Shown: one piece after another, positions 1 to 17,540 of the stretch | Position numbering within the stretch: the first letter of the stretch is position 1 | Layout: every line of letters starts with the position of its first letter | Origin: Dictyostelium discoideum | Taxonomy: Eukaryota | DNA length: 64,000 nucleotides | Direction of reading: 5' to 3' | Assembly: GCA_000004695.1 (NCBI GenBank) | Contig: CM000152.2 | Coordinates: forward strand, 256,001-320,000 | The notes under the pieces: generated by a model | Database searches by the model: none | What the model was told of the DNA's origin: nothing | The model's input: only the letters and a program-made list of their open reading frames with translations | Program-made: the position numbers and the translations under genes

Positions 1-194
1 TAACACATATTAATACTTTTAAAAAATTAAATAAAATTAATTTGAGATTTATTTTGATAGTTTTTGAAAAAAAAGATTTATTTTATTTTTTATTTTTTAT
101 TTTTTTTTTTTTAATTATATTATTTTAAATTGTTATGTTTGCTAATAATGGTAGTCTTTTGAATGAAAATAATTTTGTAATTCCGAAATATACC

Positions 195-1992
195 TTAAAA
201 TAAAGGATTAATTTCTTTAAGAATAAACATTATATCAGTGTAGTGATCACTTGCTGGAAGATCAGTATAATTTTCAAGTTTTTTCAATGCCGAGTTCAAA
301 ACTGATATGATATGGCCCTCTAGTTGGAATCTGAAATTCTTGGTGGTACATATGTATTTAACATTAAAATTACTATTGATAGTTAATCTATCTAAATAAA
401 TTGAATTATATGTAACATATGTTACTTTTTTATCTCTTTCAATTGAAATTGTCTTTTGTTTAAAATCTTTCCAAACATCATTACCACGAAAGCTTGAATT
501 ATTTACAAAATATTCATTTTCAATTTTAGCAATTTCAGTACCAACTTCATCAATCGATGGTCTAACATTGACATCAAGTGAACACATTCTATTAATTAGT
601 GATTCAAATGATAATGGAGTACTTTCAGGATAAATTAGTTTAAATCCATCTGAACGAATCATTCTAATTTGGAACTGTATTTACCAGTCATAGCAAGTAC
701 TATTAACTTTAATAGAAGTGATAAAAAAAAATAATAACAATAAATTAATAAATATATATTAATTAAAAGGATTGATTGATTAAATGAGTAATGAAGAACG
801 TACCTCCCATAAGACGATTCCAAGAGAAAAGATATCACAATGATGATCAAAAGTATAACCATCCCCACCTAATAATGGATCCATGTAACCAGCTGTACCA
901 ATTGGTTTCAAAAGAGTTCTTTTTGTATTCTTTTGATAATCAGCTATACCTCTTCCGGTACCAAAATCACTAATAACGATTCTACCATCATTTTGAACTA
1001 AAAAGTTGGCAGTTTTAATATCCCTGTGAACCATTTGTTCATCACGAAGACATCTCATTGATGCCAATATATCATCAATGATTTTAAAAATGGAATGCCC
1101 TTTGCAAACATTTTATTGATTTCAGATGGTTTTGATTGTAAATTGAATTGAGCCATTGGCATTATCAAAAAAGCGGATTCATTCATTGAACACCAAAAGT
1201 TTTAACAACCGTAGTTCCTTCATATTTACTAACTTGACCAACAGCTGCAATTTCTTTTGCGAAATTGATGAAGCAATTATTACTACCAAAAGCCATGGCC
1301 TTAAATGCTGCCAATCTACCATTCAAGCAGCCTCCATACACCATTGCATTACCGCCAGAGCCAATAGTAGAATCCATATCAACATAACCTCTTAAAGGAT
1401 CAATATTAGTTATACGTGATAAATGATTACAAAATGATTGAGTACCCAAGTTTTTATCATTTAGTGAAGTAATTTGACATTTTTTTAAAAGTGTATCCCA
1501 AGTTAATTTAATTTCATCTTTTATAAATATTTTTTTCCATTTTTTTAGTTCTTTTGATCTTCCAGTATAATCAAAATATTGATTTATATAGTTTTCCAAA
1601 TTTTCAAAAATAGAACCGGAAGTAAACTCTAATAAAATAAATGACGGAATAAATGATGATAATTTGAAAATTTTATATGTTTTTTTGATTTCCATTACTC
1701 TATATACTATTTCTCTAGAAACTAACTTTTTAGATCTTTTTTTACCAAATTCACCACCACCCAATAAAACCAATTTAATTATATTGAGATTTGCACGTTC
1801 AATTGAATAATCTAAAACAGTACGTAGTTTATTATCTTGAATTGAATAATCATAATTTTTTATATAATTGATAATTGATAAGCAAAGGCAAACCATCGAT
1901 TCATTGGGATTTTTCATTAATGAGTGAAATGGTGTTTGACCTTTTGCATTCTTCTTTTTGATTTGAATCTCTAAAATATTTTGGACCAGCAT
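195..1992 (-). CDS. Protein kinase (eukaryotic protein kinase catalytic domain with ankyrin-like N-terminal segment). Three coding blocks with a disrupted reading frame in the hinge region, so possibly a pseudogene.
   Basis: ORF 1183-1992 ends with the glycine loop GSGGNAMVYGG, the VAIK-type lysine (AFK) and the beta4 strand TTVVKTFGV. Block ~804-1097 carries IFKIIDDILASMRCLRDEQMVHRDIKTANFLV (catalytic loop) and DFGTGR. Block 195-681 is the C-lobe (DIFSLGIVLWE ... RPSIDEV). A probable intron lies at ~682-803 (GTACGT...ACAG, AT-rich). The beta5/hinge peptide (ESAFLIMPMAQFNLQSKPSEINK) is encoded at 1098-1182 in a third frame. Two -1 shifts, each at a short homopolymer, are needed to read through. 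The N-terminal part (KGQTPFHSLMKN...LNIIKLVL) looks like degenerate ankyrin repeats. The ATG at 1990-1992 is preceded by an in-frame TAA. Confidence 0.6.
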
Positions 1993-2120
1993 GTTTTAAT
2001 AAAAAATGAAGAAAACTATTTTTTTTGAATTTCATTTTCTAGTCAAATTTCTTTGTAAACATCATATAGATTTTTGTACTTTTTACATTTATTATCAGCT
2101 ATTATTACTCCAGTTAAATT

Positions 2121-2976
2121 TTATTTAGATAACGATTTGATAGCTTCAATATTTTCATAAAAACTCTTTGTTAATGAATTTTTTGGTTGACAATTTGCTA
2201 AACTGACTAATGATTTTTCAAAATAACTATCTTTAGGAGTTTCTGGTTGAGATTGCGGTGCTGTTTGAGATTCTGATACAGATGATTGAGAATCTAATAA
2301 TGTTGATGATGATTCTGATGAGTATAATAGTTGTTGGCTTTCTAATGGTGGAGATGGTTGAGATTCTAATACAGATGGTTGAAATTCTAATGGTGATGAT
2401 GATGATGGTGATGATGATGGTGATGATGGTGATGATTGGGATAATTGTTGTTGAATTTCTAATAATGGTGATGATGATGATGATGATGATGATGGTGATG
2501 ATGATGGTGATGATGGTGATGATGGTGATGATGGTGGTAATGGTGGAGATGGTTGAGATAATTGGGTTGGAGAATCTGGTGGTGATAAGTCAATTGGCGA
2601 ACTGGTGATGATTGTAAAAGAGATGATTGAAGACTTAATTGGATTGGTGATTGTGAAGGTGATTGATTTGGTGAATTAATTACAATTAATGGTACTTGGA
2701 ATGATACTTTTGTTTCAATATCATTTGAAGAATCAGAAGCAGACTTTAAGATAAAGTCAAATAATGATAGTTTTGTATGATCAACCTCTACGGACTTAAA
2801 AACGACACCAAATTTTTCAGCTTCATTATTTTCAGGGGTTGTATCACTATTGGTTTGGGAAGTATCACTTTCAGAGACAGTGAGTGAAACAATTTTTTTA
2901 AAATCTCTATCAGGATCTTTATCAAGATGTTCAAGATTTATTCCATATGTGTCAGTACCAACAAAATTTTTATATA
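2121..2976 (-). CDS. 3' terminal exon of a Ser/Pro/His-rich low-complexity protein; 5' exons not resolved
   Basis: An open frame on the minus strand with no ATG reads ...ELYKNFVGTDTYGINLEHLDKDPDRDF...SPNQSPSQSPIQLSLQSS...PPLPPSSPSSPSS...ENIEAIKSLSK and ends at a TAA around 2121. It is entered through a tttttattacag acceptor near 2976. The ORF-track entry 2258-2608(+) is its antisense frame. Confidence 0.35.
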
Positions 2977-3685
2977 GCTCTGTAATAAAAAATAATAATG
3001 CAACTTTATAATATCCAATGGAGTCTGGGTCTACTTTTTTTTCCCTACTTTTTTTTCCCTATTTTTTTTTTTTTTTGATTATTATTATTATCATTTATTA
3101 CTATATAAAATGTAAATATTTCAATTAATATGAAAATAGTATTATTAATTTTCTTTGTTTTAAATTTTAAAAATTGTTTGGCTTCATAATTTCTCAACCA
3201 AAAGGTAATTAATTGTTTTGAAAATTATAATGATAATTTATTACCTTATAATAGACATTTTTAATTTTTAAAATTAACATGTATTTCAGAAATAGATGAA
3301 TCAATCGTCAAATCTCATGGGCTGTTCAGTAATGAATGCTTGATGCTTTCAATAGTTATTTACCCTCTTCATAAATGATGAAAAAGTAGGCATTAACCCA
3401 GAAAGAAGTGCAAGTAAATTATGACAAGGATAATGATCGTAAAATTAAAAATAAGAATTGGTTGGTGATGTAAAATAAAATAAAATAAAATAAAATAAAT
3501 AGTTTCTCCTTTCTTTATTTTTTCCACTCAAATTATCCAGTATTACCAAAAAGTTCAAAAATTATTTAATCCAGATGAAAATAATAGAGTTTAAAAATTA
3601 ATTTTATATTATTTAATTTTAAAATCCATTAGTTTATTAATTAAATTAAATAAATTACCATTTTTATTTTATTTTATTTTATTTT

Positions 3686-6139
3686 TTAATATTTTAAATT
3701 AATATTTGAATTTTTTAAAATAAAATCTTTTAATTCAATACTACCATGAGTGGAAGCGATAATGTAACAATTTAAATAATCATCTTGAGTGAATAAATTC
3801 GAATGATTTGTAAACAAATGAGAGAAAACTTCTAAAGCATTCAATTCACCAATACTTTGTAATAATTTTGATAAAAACATGGTTTTACTTTGTTGATCTT
3901 GATTACGTTTATCCATTATAAAATTTAAAAAACTATCTAATGTTTCAAAATTACAACGTTTAATAATATCACTAAAAACTGAATAAAAAAATAAATGATC
4001 AATAAAATTTATCATTTTCCCTGTAGGTTTATAAAATTCATTAAATTTATAAATAATGTTATTGTTGTTGTTACTGTCAATTTCTTTACAATCAATATTT
4101 TGATAGTATTCTATGATTTCATTAAAAATTTTAATTGTTTTACATTTTTCAATTCCAAAACTATCATAAATACCAAAACTATTTGATAATTCATCTTTTA
4201 TTAAAAAACATCTTTTAGAATCAACATCTTGTCTATTTTCTAAAACCCATTTTAATTTTTCTTTAGAATTCAAACAACTGTATTGCATATCAATTGGTGT
4301 TAATTCTGAAACAATTATTATGAATTTCCATAATGGAATATTTGCCATAGGTAAAAATGGATTTATACTATCATTTTTATTATCATCATAATTATCAGTT
4401 TCATCTAAATAATAAATATTTACTTTTTTCTCCCAATTAATTGGATTACATATTGGTTGCTGTTGTGGTTGATCTTGTTGTTGTTGTTGTGATGGTGGTG
4501 GTTTAATTAATTTTAAATTTTCAATTTCAATTAAATTAACAGAAAGTAAGAAATTAAACATTTTCTGAGATTTTATGAATTTAAAATGATTTCTTTGTAT
4601 TTTAATGTTATTTTCAAGTAAACCAACTGGATGATTAATTAAAAATTGAATTAAATCAATATTTTCATTAATTATCAATATCATTATTATGACTTCAATT
4701 TTACCTTGATATATATATAATTTTGTAAAATAATCATTTATTAAAGAATCAATGAATTTTGATTTAACCGATTCTAAATGCTTTGGATTCTTTAATAGTA
4801 ATCCAAATAATGGATATTTTGGTATATTAAATTGAGATAAATTATTTAAAGATTGGAAAGCACCAATTGATTTCAATTTTTTATAATCACCCATTCCAAG
4901 TGCAAGTCTTACAGTTTTCTTATGAGAATACTCTGGGAAATAGTTATTATCAAATTTAGCATTACAAAACATTAAATTACTTCTAAGATGTAAACTACTC
5001 GTATAAAAAATAGACATTCTAACAATTGATCTAAATGATTGATTACAACAATCTAAATCCTTAACCAAACAATTCAATTGTCGTTGTAATTGTTGTTCAT
5101 CTCTAAATTTATCAAGTTGTTCAATTGATAAAATTACATTTTCAGCTTCTTTAGATTTATTTACAAATTCAACGAATTTATAATTTTTAAATAATTCTTT
5201 TAAATAAATTATTGAATAACATGTATTTAAACAAAATTCCAATGTTTTATTCTTTACTGAAAAATCAATTAATGATGTAAAATCATCATTATCATTATCA
5301 TCATCATTATTATTAATATTAATATTATTTTGTGGTGGTATTGAAATTTTAATTGAATTTAAAAAATGAATTGATTTATTTCTATTTTCCATTGCCCCAT
5401 ATAAAATTATTTTTTTTTTATAATTTTTATTTGAATAATCAATATTAATTAATTGATAATATATTTTTGATTTTTCATCTTCACTTAAAATACAACCAAT
5501 TTCATCTTTTAAATAATTTGCAATATTAATTGAACCAACAAGAATTGATTTATAATATAATGGTGACCAATTTATATTTTTATTTTTATTTTTACTACCA
5601 CCACCACTTCTTAAAATTGGTTTAAAATTATATTTTTTAATTAATATATCAAATGCTACAACACAGTCACATAATGTTATATAAAATGCTGTTGAATTAA
5701 TAATTGAACTATTATTATTATTATTATTATCAATATCATTAATAAAATATTTTGAATAATTTTTAAAAAGATTAAAATAAAATTCTTTATTCTTTTCACT
5801 ATTTTTTTTAAAATTTTTAAAAATCTCTTGAAAAGGAATTTTATTTGAATCAAATGTAAATTTTAAAATCATTGAATTTTTAACTTTATCTCTTAATAAT
5901 CCTTTATTATTAATTGACATTAAATCTACATTTTTTAATTGATAATAATTATAATAAATTCTATTTTCCAAAATTTCATCATTATAATATTGTTGTTGTT
6001 GTTGTTTTATTTTTAAATATTTAAATATAATTGTTTTAATATATTTATTTTTCCAAATTTTAAAAAATAAAAAATCCTTATTATTATTATTAATACTATT
6101 ATTATTATTATTATTACTATTTTTGTTGTTGTTGTCCAT
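3686..6139 (-). CDS. Asn-rich hypothetical protein (817 aa), member of a lineage-specific family; paralog of the partial gene at 62473+
   Basis: Uninterrupted 817-codon ORF with a real ATG and an N-terminal polyN run. It shares the motif block ...LFKNYSKYF...(F/A)Y(I/T)...CDCVV... with the ORF starting at 62473. No recognisable catalytic domain. Confidence 0.6.
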   Translation of the reverse strand: MDNNNKNSNNNNNNSINNNNKDFLFFKIWKNKYIKTIIFKYLKIKQQQQQYYNDEILENRIYYNYYQLKNVDLMSINNKGLLRDKVKNSMILKFTFDSNKIPFQEIFKNFKKNSEKNKEFYFNLFKNYSKYFINDIDNNNNNNSSIINSTAFYITLCDCVVAFDILIKKYNFKPILRSGGGSKNKNKNINWSPLYYKSILVGSINIANYLKDEIGCILSEDEKSKIYYQLINIDYSNKNYKKKIILYGAMENRNKSIHFLNSIKISIPPQNNININNNDDDNDNDDFTSLIDFSVKNKTLEFCLNTCYSIIYLKELFKNYKFVEFVNKSKEAENVILSIEQLDKFRDEQQLQRQLNCLVKDLDCCNQSFRSIVRMSIFYTSSLHLRSNLMFCNAKFDNNYFPEYSHKKTVRLALGMGDYKKLKSIGAFQSLNNLSQFNIPKYPLFGLLLKNPKHLESVKSKFIDSLINDYFTKLYIYQGKIEVIIMILIINENIDLIQFLINHPVGLLENNIKIQRNHFKFIKSQKMFNFLLSVNLIEIENLKLIKPPPSQQQQQDQPQQQPICNPINWEKKVNIYYLDETDNYDDNKNDSINPFLPMANIPLWKFIIIVSELTPIDMQYSCLNSKEKLKWVLENRQDVDSKRCFLIKDELSNSFGIYDSFGIEKCKTIKIFNEIIEYYQNIDCKEIDSNNNNNIIYKFNEFYKPTGKMINFIDHLFFYSVFSDIIKRCNFETLDSFLNFIMDKRNQDQQSKTMFLSKLLQSIGELNALEVFSHLFTNHSNLFTQDDYLNCYIIASTHGSIELKDFILKNSNINLKY

Positions 6140-6159
6140 TTTTTAAATATAATACAAAT

Positions 6160-6197
<38 letters not shown>

Positions 6198-6492
6198 AAA
6201 AAAAAAAAAAAAAATTTAAAAAAATGAAAATAAGATGGAATTATAATTTTTAAATTAATTAATATTTAAATTTTTATTTTATTTTCTTTTTTTTTTCTTT
6301 TTATTTTTATTTTTATTTTTTTTATTTTTATTTTTATTTTTTTTTTTAAATTAATTACACACTCTTTCAAAATTCCTTATTTATATTTTTTACAACCTAA
6401 GTAGAAATAAAAAAAAGAGTGATAATTATATATATTATATATTATTTCTTTCTTGATTTTATATTATTATTATTATTTTTTTTTTTTTTTTA

Positions 6493-7444
6493 TTACAATT
6501 GTAAATCTAAAACAATTTTTCTACCATGACCAGATTGTTGTGATTTTAATAAAGCTTGATCAAATTCAGAGAATTTATGTTTTTCAATTAAAAGTTTAAA
6601 TTGTTTCTTACGGATAAGATCAAAGATAGCATCATAGACAGATTGTTTTTCAGAGTCAGTATGTTGTTCAAACCATTTATTTAACCAAAAACCACGAATT
6701 TGAATGTTACGGAAGATCAATTGAGAGGTTGGAATGGTGACTGGTTCACGAGACATACCACCATAAGTGACCAAGGTACCATTGTCAGCGAGGATTCTTG
6801 ATAACTCGGTGGCGGATTGACCACCGACGGCGTTTAATGCCAATTTTGGTGATGGTAAATCAGAGATTAATTTTCTGAATGCTGGTGTACGAACGTACTC
6901 TTCAGAGACGACGATGTCGCCACCCAACTGCTTGAGACGTTGGACGTTGTCTTCGAATTCTGAACCGTCACGAATGACATTGATGGTTTTGATACCACGT
7001 GCCTTTGCCAATTGAATGACTGACAAACCAACCATTGAGTTGGATGCGTTTTGAATGATGACATCGCCTTGTTGTAACTTTACGAAATCGTTCAATAACA
7101 AATAGGCAGTGGTTGGATTGATTGAAATGGTGGATAAGTATTCGGTTGGAATGTCTGATGGTACTTTAAATAATTGTTGTTCACTCCAAACACCTTTACT
7201 TCTCCATGATCCAAAGTGTTGTTTCATTGATGGTACTACTAAATCATTCTCTTTTAATCCTGTAACACCACTACCAACCTTTTTAACAACACCAACACCT
7301 TCCATACCTGCTACACCTCCAACTTGAACATTTGTACCATAAGTACCTTGAATAATATTTAAATCTGCTGGATTAATTGGTGCATGTAACATTTCAACTA
7401 AAACATCTTTATTTGAAATTTTATCTGTAATATTTTCATTTTCA

Positions 7445-7484
<40 letters not shown>

Positions 7485-7754
7485 AATATAGATATATTAA
7501 TATTTTTTTAATTTAATTTTTATTTATTCATTGCACTAAAAATATTGGGGAAACTTCCCCCTTCTGTGATCAACAATTTGGTTTAACCACACATACATGA
7601 TTTTTATTATTTTTTTTTTTTTTATTTTTTAATTTTTTTTTTTTAAAAAAACTTACTTTAAAGCAGTTGATGGTGAACCATGTGAAGCGATTTTAACACT
7701 TCTTGAAGTTGAATAACGACGAACTAATGAAATGATATTACGAGTAGAATTCAT
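6493..7754 (-). CDS. mecr: Mitochondrial trans-2-enoyl-CoA reductase (MECR/Etr1-like; medium-chain dehydrogenase/reductase superfamily), 2 exons
   Basis: Exon 2 (6493 to ~7447) encodes ...VLVEMLHAPINPADLNIIQGTYG...NASNSMVGLSVIQLAKARGIKTINVIRD..., which matches MECR. Exon 1 (~7657-7754) encodes MNSTRNIISLVRRYSTSRSVKIASHGSPSTAL, a basic/Ser-rich mitochondrial presequence, then a GTAAGT donor. The intron is ~210 nt. Confidence 0.8.
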
Positions 7755-7803
7755 TGTTTGATTAAATGTATGAATGAATTATATGCTGTATTAAATTGAA
7801 AAT

Positions 7804-7839
<36 letters not shown>

Positions 7840-8254
7840 AAAAAAAAAAAAAAAAAAAAAAATCAAAAAATTTTTTTTATTTTTCTTTTTTTCAAAAAAA
7901 TGAAAAAATTATTTTACGCACCGTAGTTCGAAAAACATATTTTTTTTATTTAATTTTGTTTTATTTTTTTTTTATTTTTTTATTCCATTCGTCTAAAAAA
8001 TTTTTCGTTTTATATTTTCAGATTTATTTATTTATATAAATATATAAATAATAAATAAATAAAAATAATTTTTTTTTTTTTTTTTTTTTTTGAACATAAT
8101 TTATTAAATGAATAAAATTATAACAAAAAAATAAGTAATAATAATATTTAATATTAATAATCTATAAATTTATAGTTGTATTCTTGCATACTCCAATTAA
8201 TGAAATTTTAAAAATAAAAAAAAATAAAAAAATAAAAATAAAAAAATAAAAAAA

Positions 8255-14651
<6,397 letters not shown>

Positions 14652-14729
14652 ATATATAATAAAGAAGAAAAAAAAAATCTTTTTTTTTTCCAGGTTTTTT
14701 TATTTATAAATTTAATTTTATTACAATTT

Positions 14730-14780
<51 letters not shown>

Positions 14781-14786
14781 ACTAAT

Positions 14787-15635
14787 TTAAAAAACGTCTG
14801 AAAAAAAACAGTGTTTTAAACATTGATCCCATGTTAATTTATCAGATTCTTTTTCTTTTTTACATAGTATACTCTTTATTAAAGAAATTAATGATTGATT
14901 TTCACTTTTATTAAACTTTTGAGGAATATCAATTGTTAATTGATTTTTATTCCTTATAAAATCTGCCATGGCTTCAAATGAATCAAATGGTGAAATTCCA
15001 GTTAAACATTGATATAAACAACATCCAAATGACCACATATATGTATGATCATATGAATATGGATTATTTGGTTTTAAAAAGATATCTTTTTTTTTTTATT
15101 TAATTTTTTAAAATAATTAATTAATAAATAATTAATAAACTCTTTTAATATTTAATTAAAAAAAAAAAAAGATTATTATAATAATTATTATTTACCTGGT
15201 GATAAAAATAATAGATTATAAATTACATTTTCGTCATGATCAAGTCTTGGTGTTAAACTATCATTATTTATAATAATACAAGTTAAATTAAAAAATTTAT
15301 TTGCAAATTTACAAAATAAGTTTGGATCTATAATAATTTTATTAAAAATTGATTGAATCATTTTAGGTGGTAAAGGACCATGTGATTGTATTATCTGTAA
15401 TAAATTTTTATGATCAAAATCACCCTAAAATTAGATTTAAAAAAAAATAAAAAAAAAATTAATAATTGGACAATACATTATTGTATAGAAAAAAAAAAAA
15501 AAAAAAAAAAAACCAGTTTAACAAATACATTTTTATATTTTAAATATATTTGATTTAATCTTTCTCTTTCATAACTATTTCTTGATTGATATCCAATTTC
15601 AATATTTGAATATCTGATTTGAACTCTTGATGATG
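14787..15635 (-). CDS. Protein kinase-like gene, C-terminal exons (kinase subdomains IX-XI); 5' part uncertain
   Basis: Last exon 14787 to ~15095 encodes ...DIFLKPNNPYSYDHTYMWSFGCCLYQCLTGISPF...LTWDQCLKHCFF, the D-x-W-S-x-G and C-lobe motifs. The preceding exon (~15196-15424) encodes GDFDHKNLLQIIQSHGPLPP...NLLFLSP, between a GGTAAAT donor and a ttttag acceptor. A further exon at ~15529-15635 encodes ...RLNQIYLKYKN. A possible first exon lies at ~16050-16110 (MMIYKSCKENDTGAHSFVR then GTGAGC). The activation-segment region is unusually long, so this may be a pseudokinase. Confidence 0.45.
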
Positions 15636-16534
15636 CTATTTTTGAATTTCAAAAAAAAAAAAAAAAAAAAAAAAAAAATGTATAACTAAAATTATTAACT
15701 ATAAATAAAAACAATTATTAAAAAAAAAAGTTTAAAACAGAAAAAAAAAAAATGAGATACAAAGTAAATAAATACTATTGGTAAAAAAATATTTATAACA
15801 TAAAAAGTAAAATAATTATAATTTAAACTAAAAATAATAATATAAAAAAAATAAATAAATAAAAAATTAAATATAAAAAAAAAAAAAGATTAAAACGAGG
15901 TTTAAAAAAAATAAATAAAGAATAATAAACTATTAAAAATAGAACATTGTTATTAAAAATTTTGTTTATCTGTTTTTGCTCTATTAATAAAAATAATTAT
16001 AAAATAATTATTAATAATTTAAAATTTTAACACCAAAAATAAAGCTCACCCTCTCACAAAACTATGTGCTCCCGTATCATTTTCTTTACAACTTTTATAA
16101 ATCATCATTTAATATTAATAATTCAATTTGAACTATTAATAGTGGTAAAAGGGGGTGAAAAAAAAAAAATTTTCAAATATATATTTTTTTTTTTTTTATA
16201 TAATAATCTATGTTTAAACAGAATATAAAAAAAAAAAACCGTTGATAAATGATGGAGTTGAATTATTTGAATTTTTTCTATTTTAATATTTTTTTTTTTT
16301 TTTTGATCACAACCAACATTATTAAATTTTTTTTTTTTTTATTAATTTTTTTTTTATTTTTTTTTTTTATTTTTTTTATTGTTTATATTATATTTATTTT
16401 AATAGTTTTAGAACACAAAAAAAAAAAAAAAAATTGAGTCTTAAAATAACATTTTAAAATATTAAAAATACAAAAAATTGGACATAGTCGAATAAACTTC
16501 CAATTTCTTTTTTTTTTTTTTTATTTATTTTCAT

Positions 16535-16740
16535 TTAATTTCTTTCAATTTTAATTCTAACAGTACCTTTAACATTATTTTTATCATCTTCAAATTTGAC
16601 GACTTCATCAAAAATACCTGATCTTACACGACCCATACTTATAATTTGACGTCCAATGAAATCATTTTTAACTAAATCTTCATCATACAATTCAACTAAT
16701 AAATCATTAACATAATCTTTTACCTTTATATAAAAAATTG

Positions 16741-16782
<42 letters not shown>

Positions 16783-17185
16783 TTTAAAATTAATATATTA
16801 GGTAAAAATTAATAAAAAAATAAAATAAAATAAAATAAAAGATGGATGATCATTTACCTTAATTTTGTCATATTCATTCCATGCTGGATTTAAGGTGGCT
16901 TTCTTTACTGTACTTTTGAATAAAACTTTTGAATATGTACCATCTGTTTTAATTGCTCTAACTTGAACAAAAGGATCAGCTTTTCCTATTAATTTTAAAT
17001 ATAATTAATTTTCAATTTGTTAATAATTATGGTTGTTTGTTTGTATATAAATAATAATGATAATAATAATAATAAAAATTCAAAGATAATAATAAATAAA
17101 TACCATTTAAATCTTGAGCTTCATAAACTATGCCTTGGTAGAGTCCGAATTTGAATTCTTGTTTTGGTTGATTTTCTTTACCCAT
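16535..17185 (-). CDS. Small single-C2-domain protein, 3 exons (about 17104-17185, 16858-16985, 16535-16723)
   Basis: Spliced product is MGKENQPKQEFKFGLYQGIVYEAQDLNG/GKADPFVQVRAIKTDGTYSKVLFKSTVKKATLNPAWNEYDKIK/VKDYVNDLLVELYDEDLVKNDFIGRQIISMGRVRSGIFDEVVKFEDDKNNVKGTVRIKIERN. This is the classic C2 pattern (DxxGxSDPYV...TLNPxWNE...D...G...I). Donors are GTATTT and GTAAAT; acceptors are ...attaatag and ...tataaag. Phases are consistent. No ORF-track entry, because the exons are short. Confidence 0.7.
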
Positions 17186-17540
17186 TTTCTATTTATATAA
17201 ATTTCTGGTTTTTGGTCGATTTTTTTTTTTTTTTTTTTTTTTTTATGTGATCAAAAAATAAAAAAAAAAAAAAGAAAAAATAAAAAAAAATAAAAATTTA
17301 ATAAAAAAAAAAAAAATTAAGATATTTATTTTCTTTGAAAGTTTTTGTATTAAAAATTATTTGTTAAAGGTTAAAAAAAAGTCTAAAAAACCCCTCCCAA
17401 GTTATTTTTAAAACAATAAAAAATGATTATATGAAACTACAACAAAAAAAAAAAAAAATAAATAATAAAAAATTAAATAATAAAATAATTTTAAATTTTT
17501 TAATTTTTTTTATTTTTTTATTTTTTTATAATTTTTTTTT

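Noticed and set aside
1156-1395. Plus-strand ORF 1156-1395 overlapping the kinase
   Set aside because: It is antisense to the kinase N-lobe exon, with no homology and no start context.
2258-2608. ORF-track entry encoding a Met/Val/Ile-rich 116-aa peptide on the plus strand
   Set aside because: It is the antisense reading of the (CCA/TCA/CAT)n region that encodes the Ser/Pro/His-rich minus-strand protein. Its composition (MMMVMM...) is a repeat artefact.
16025-16140. GC-richer 70-nt patch considered as a possible tRNA or small RNA gene
   Set aside because: No T-arm GGTTCGAATCC-like box and no cloverleaf pairing. It reads instead as a short coding exon (MMIYKSCKENDTGAHSFVR then GTGAGC) on the minus strand. 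Other GC-richer patches (59780-59860, 30760-30820, 47690-47760) also lack tRNA features.
16249-16437. ORF 16249-16437(+) and similar AT-only ORFs (26965-27171, 30380-30568, 38828-39091, 50187-50645, 54465-54746)
   Set aside because: They are translations of intergenic polyA/polyT tracts (F/K/I/L only). There is no codon structure and many lie in promoter or UTR regions.
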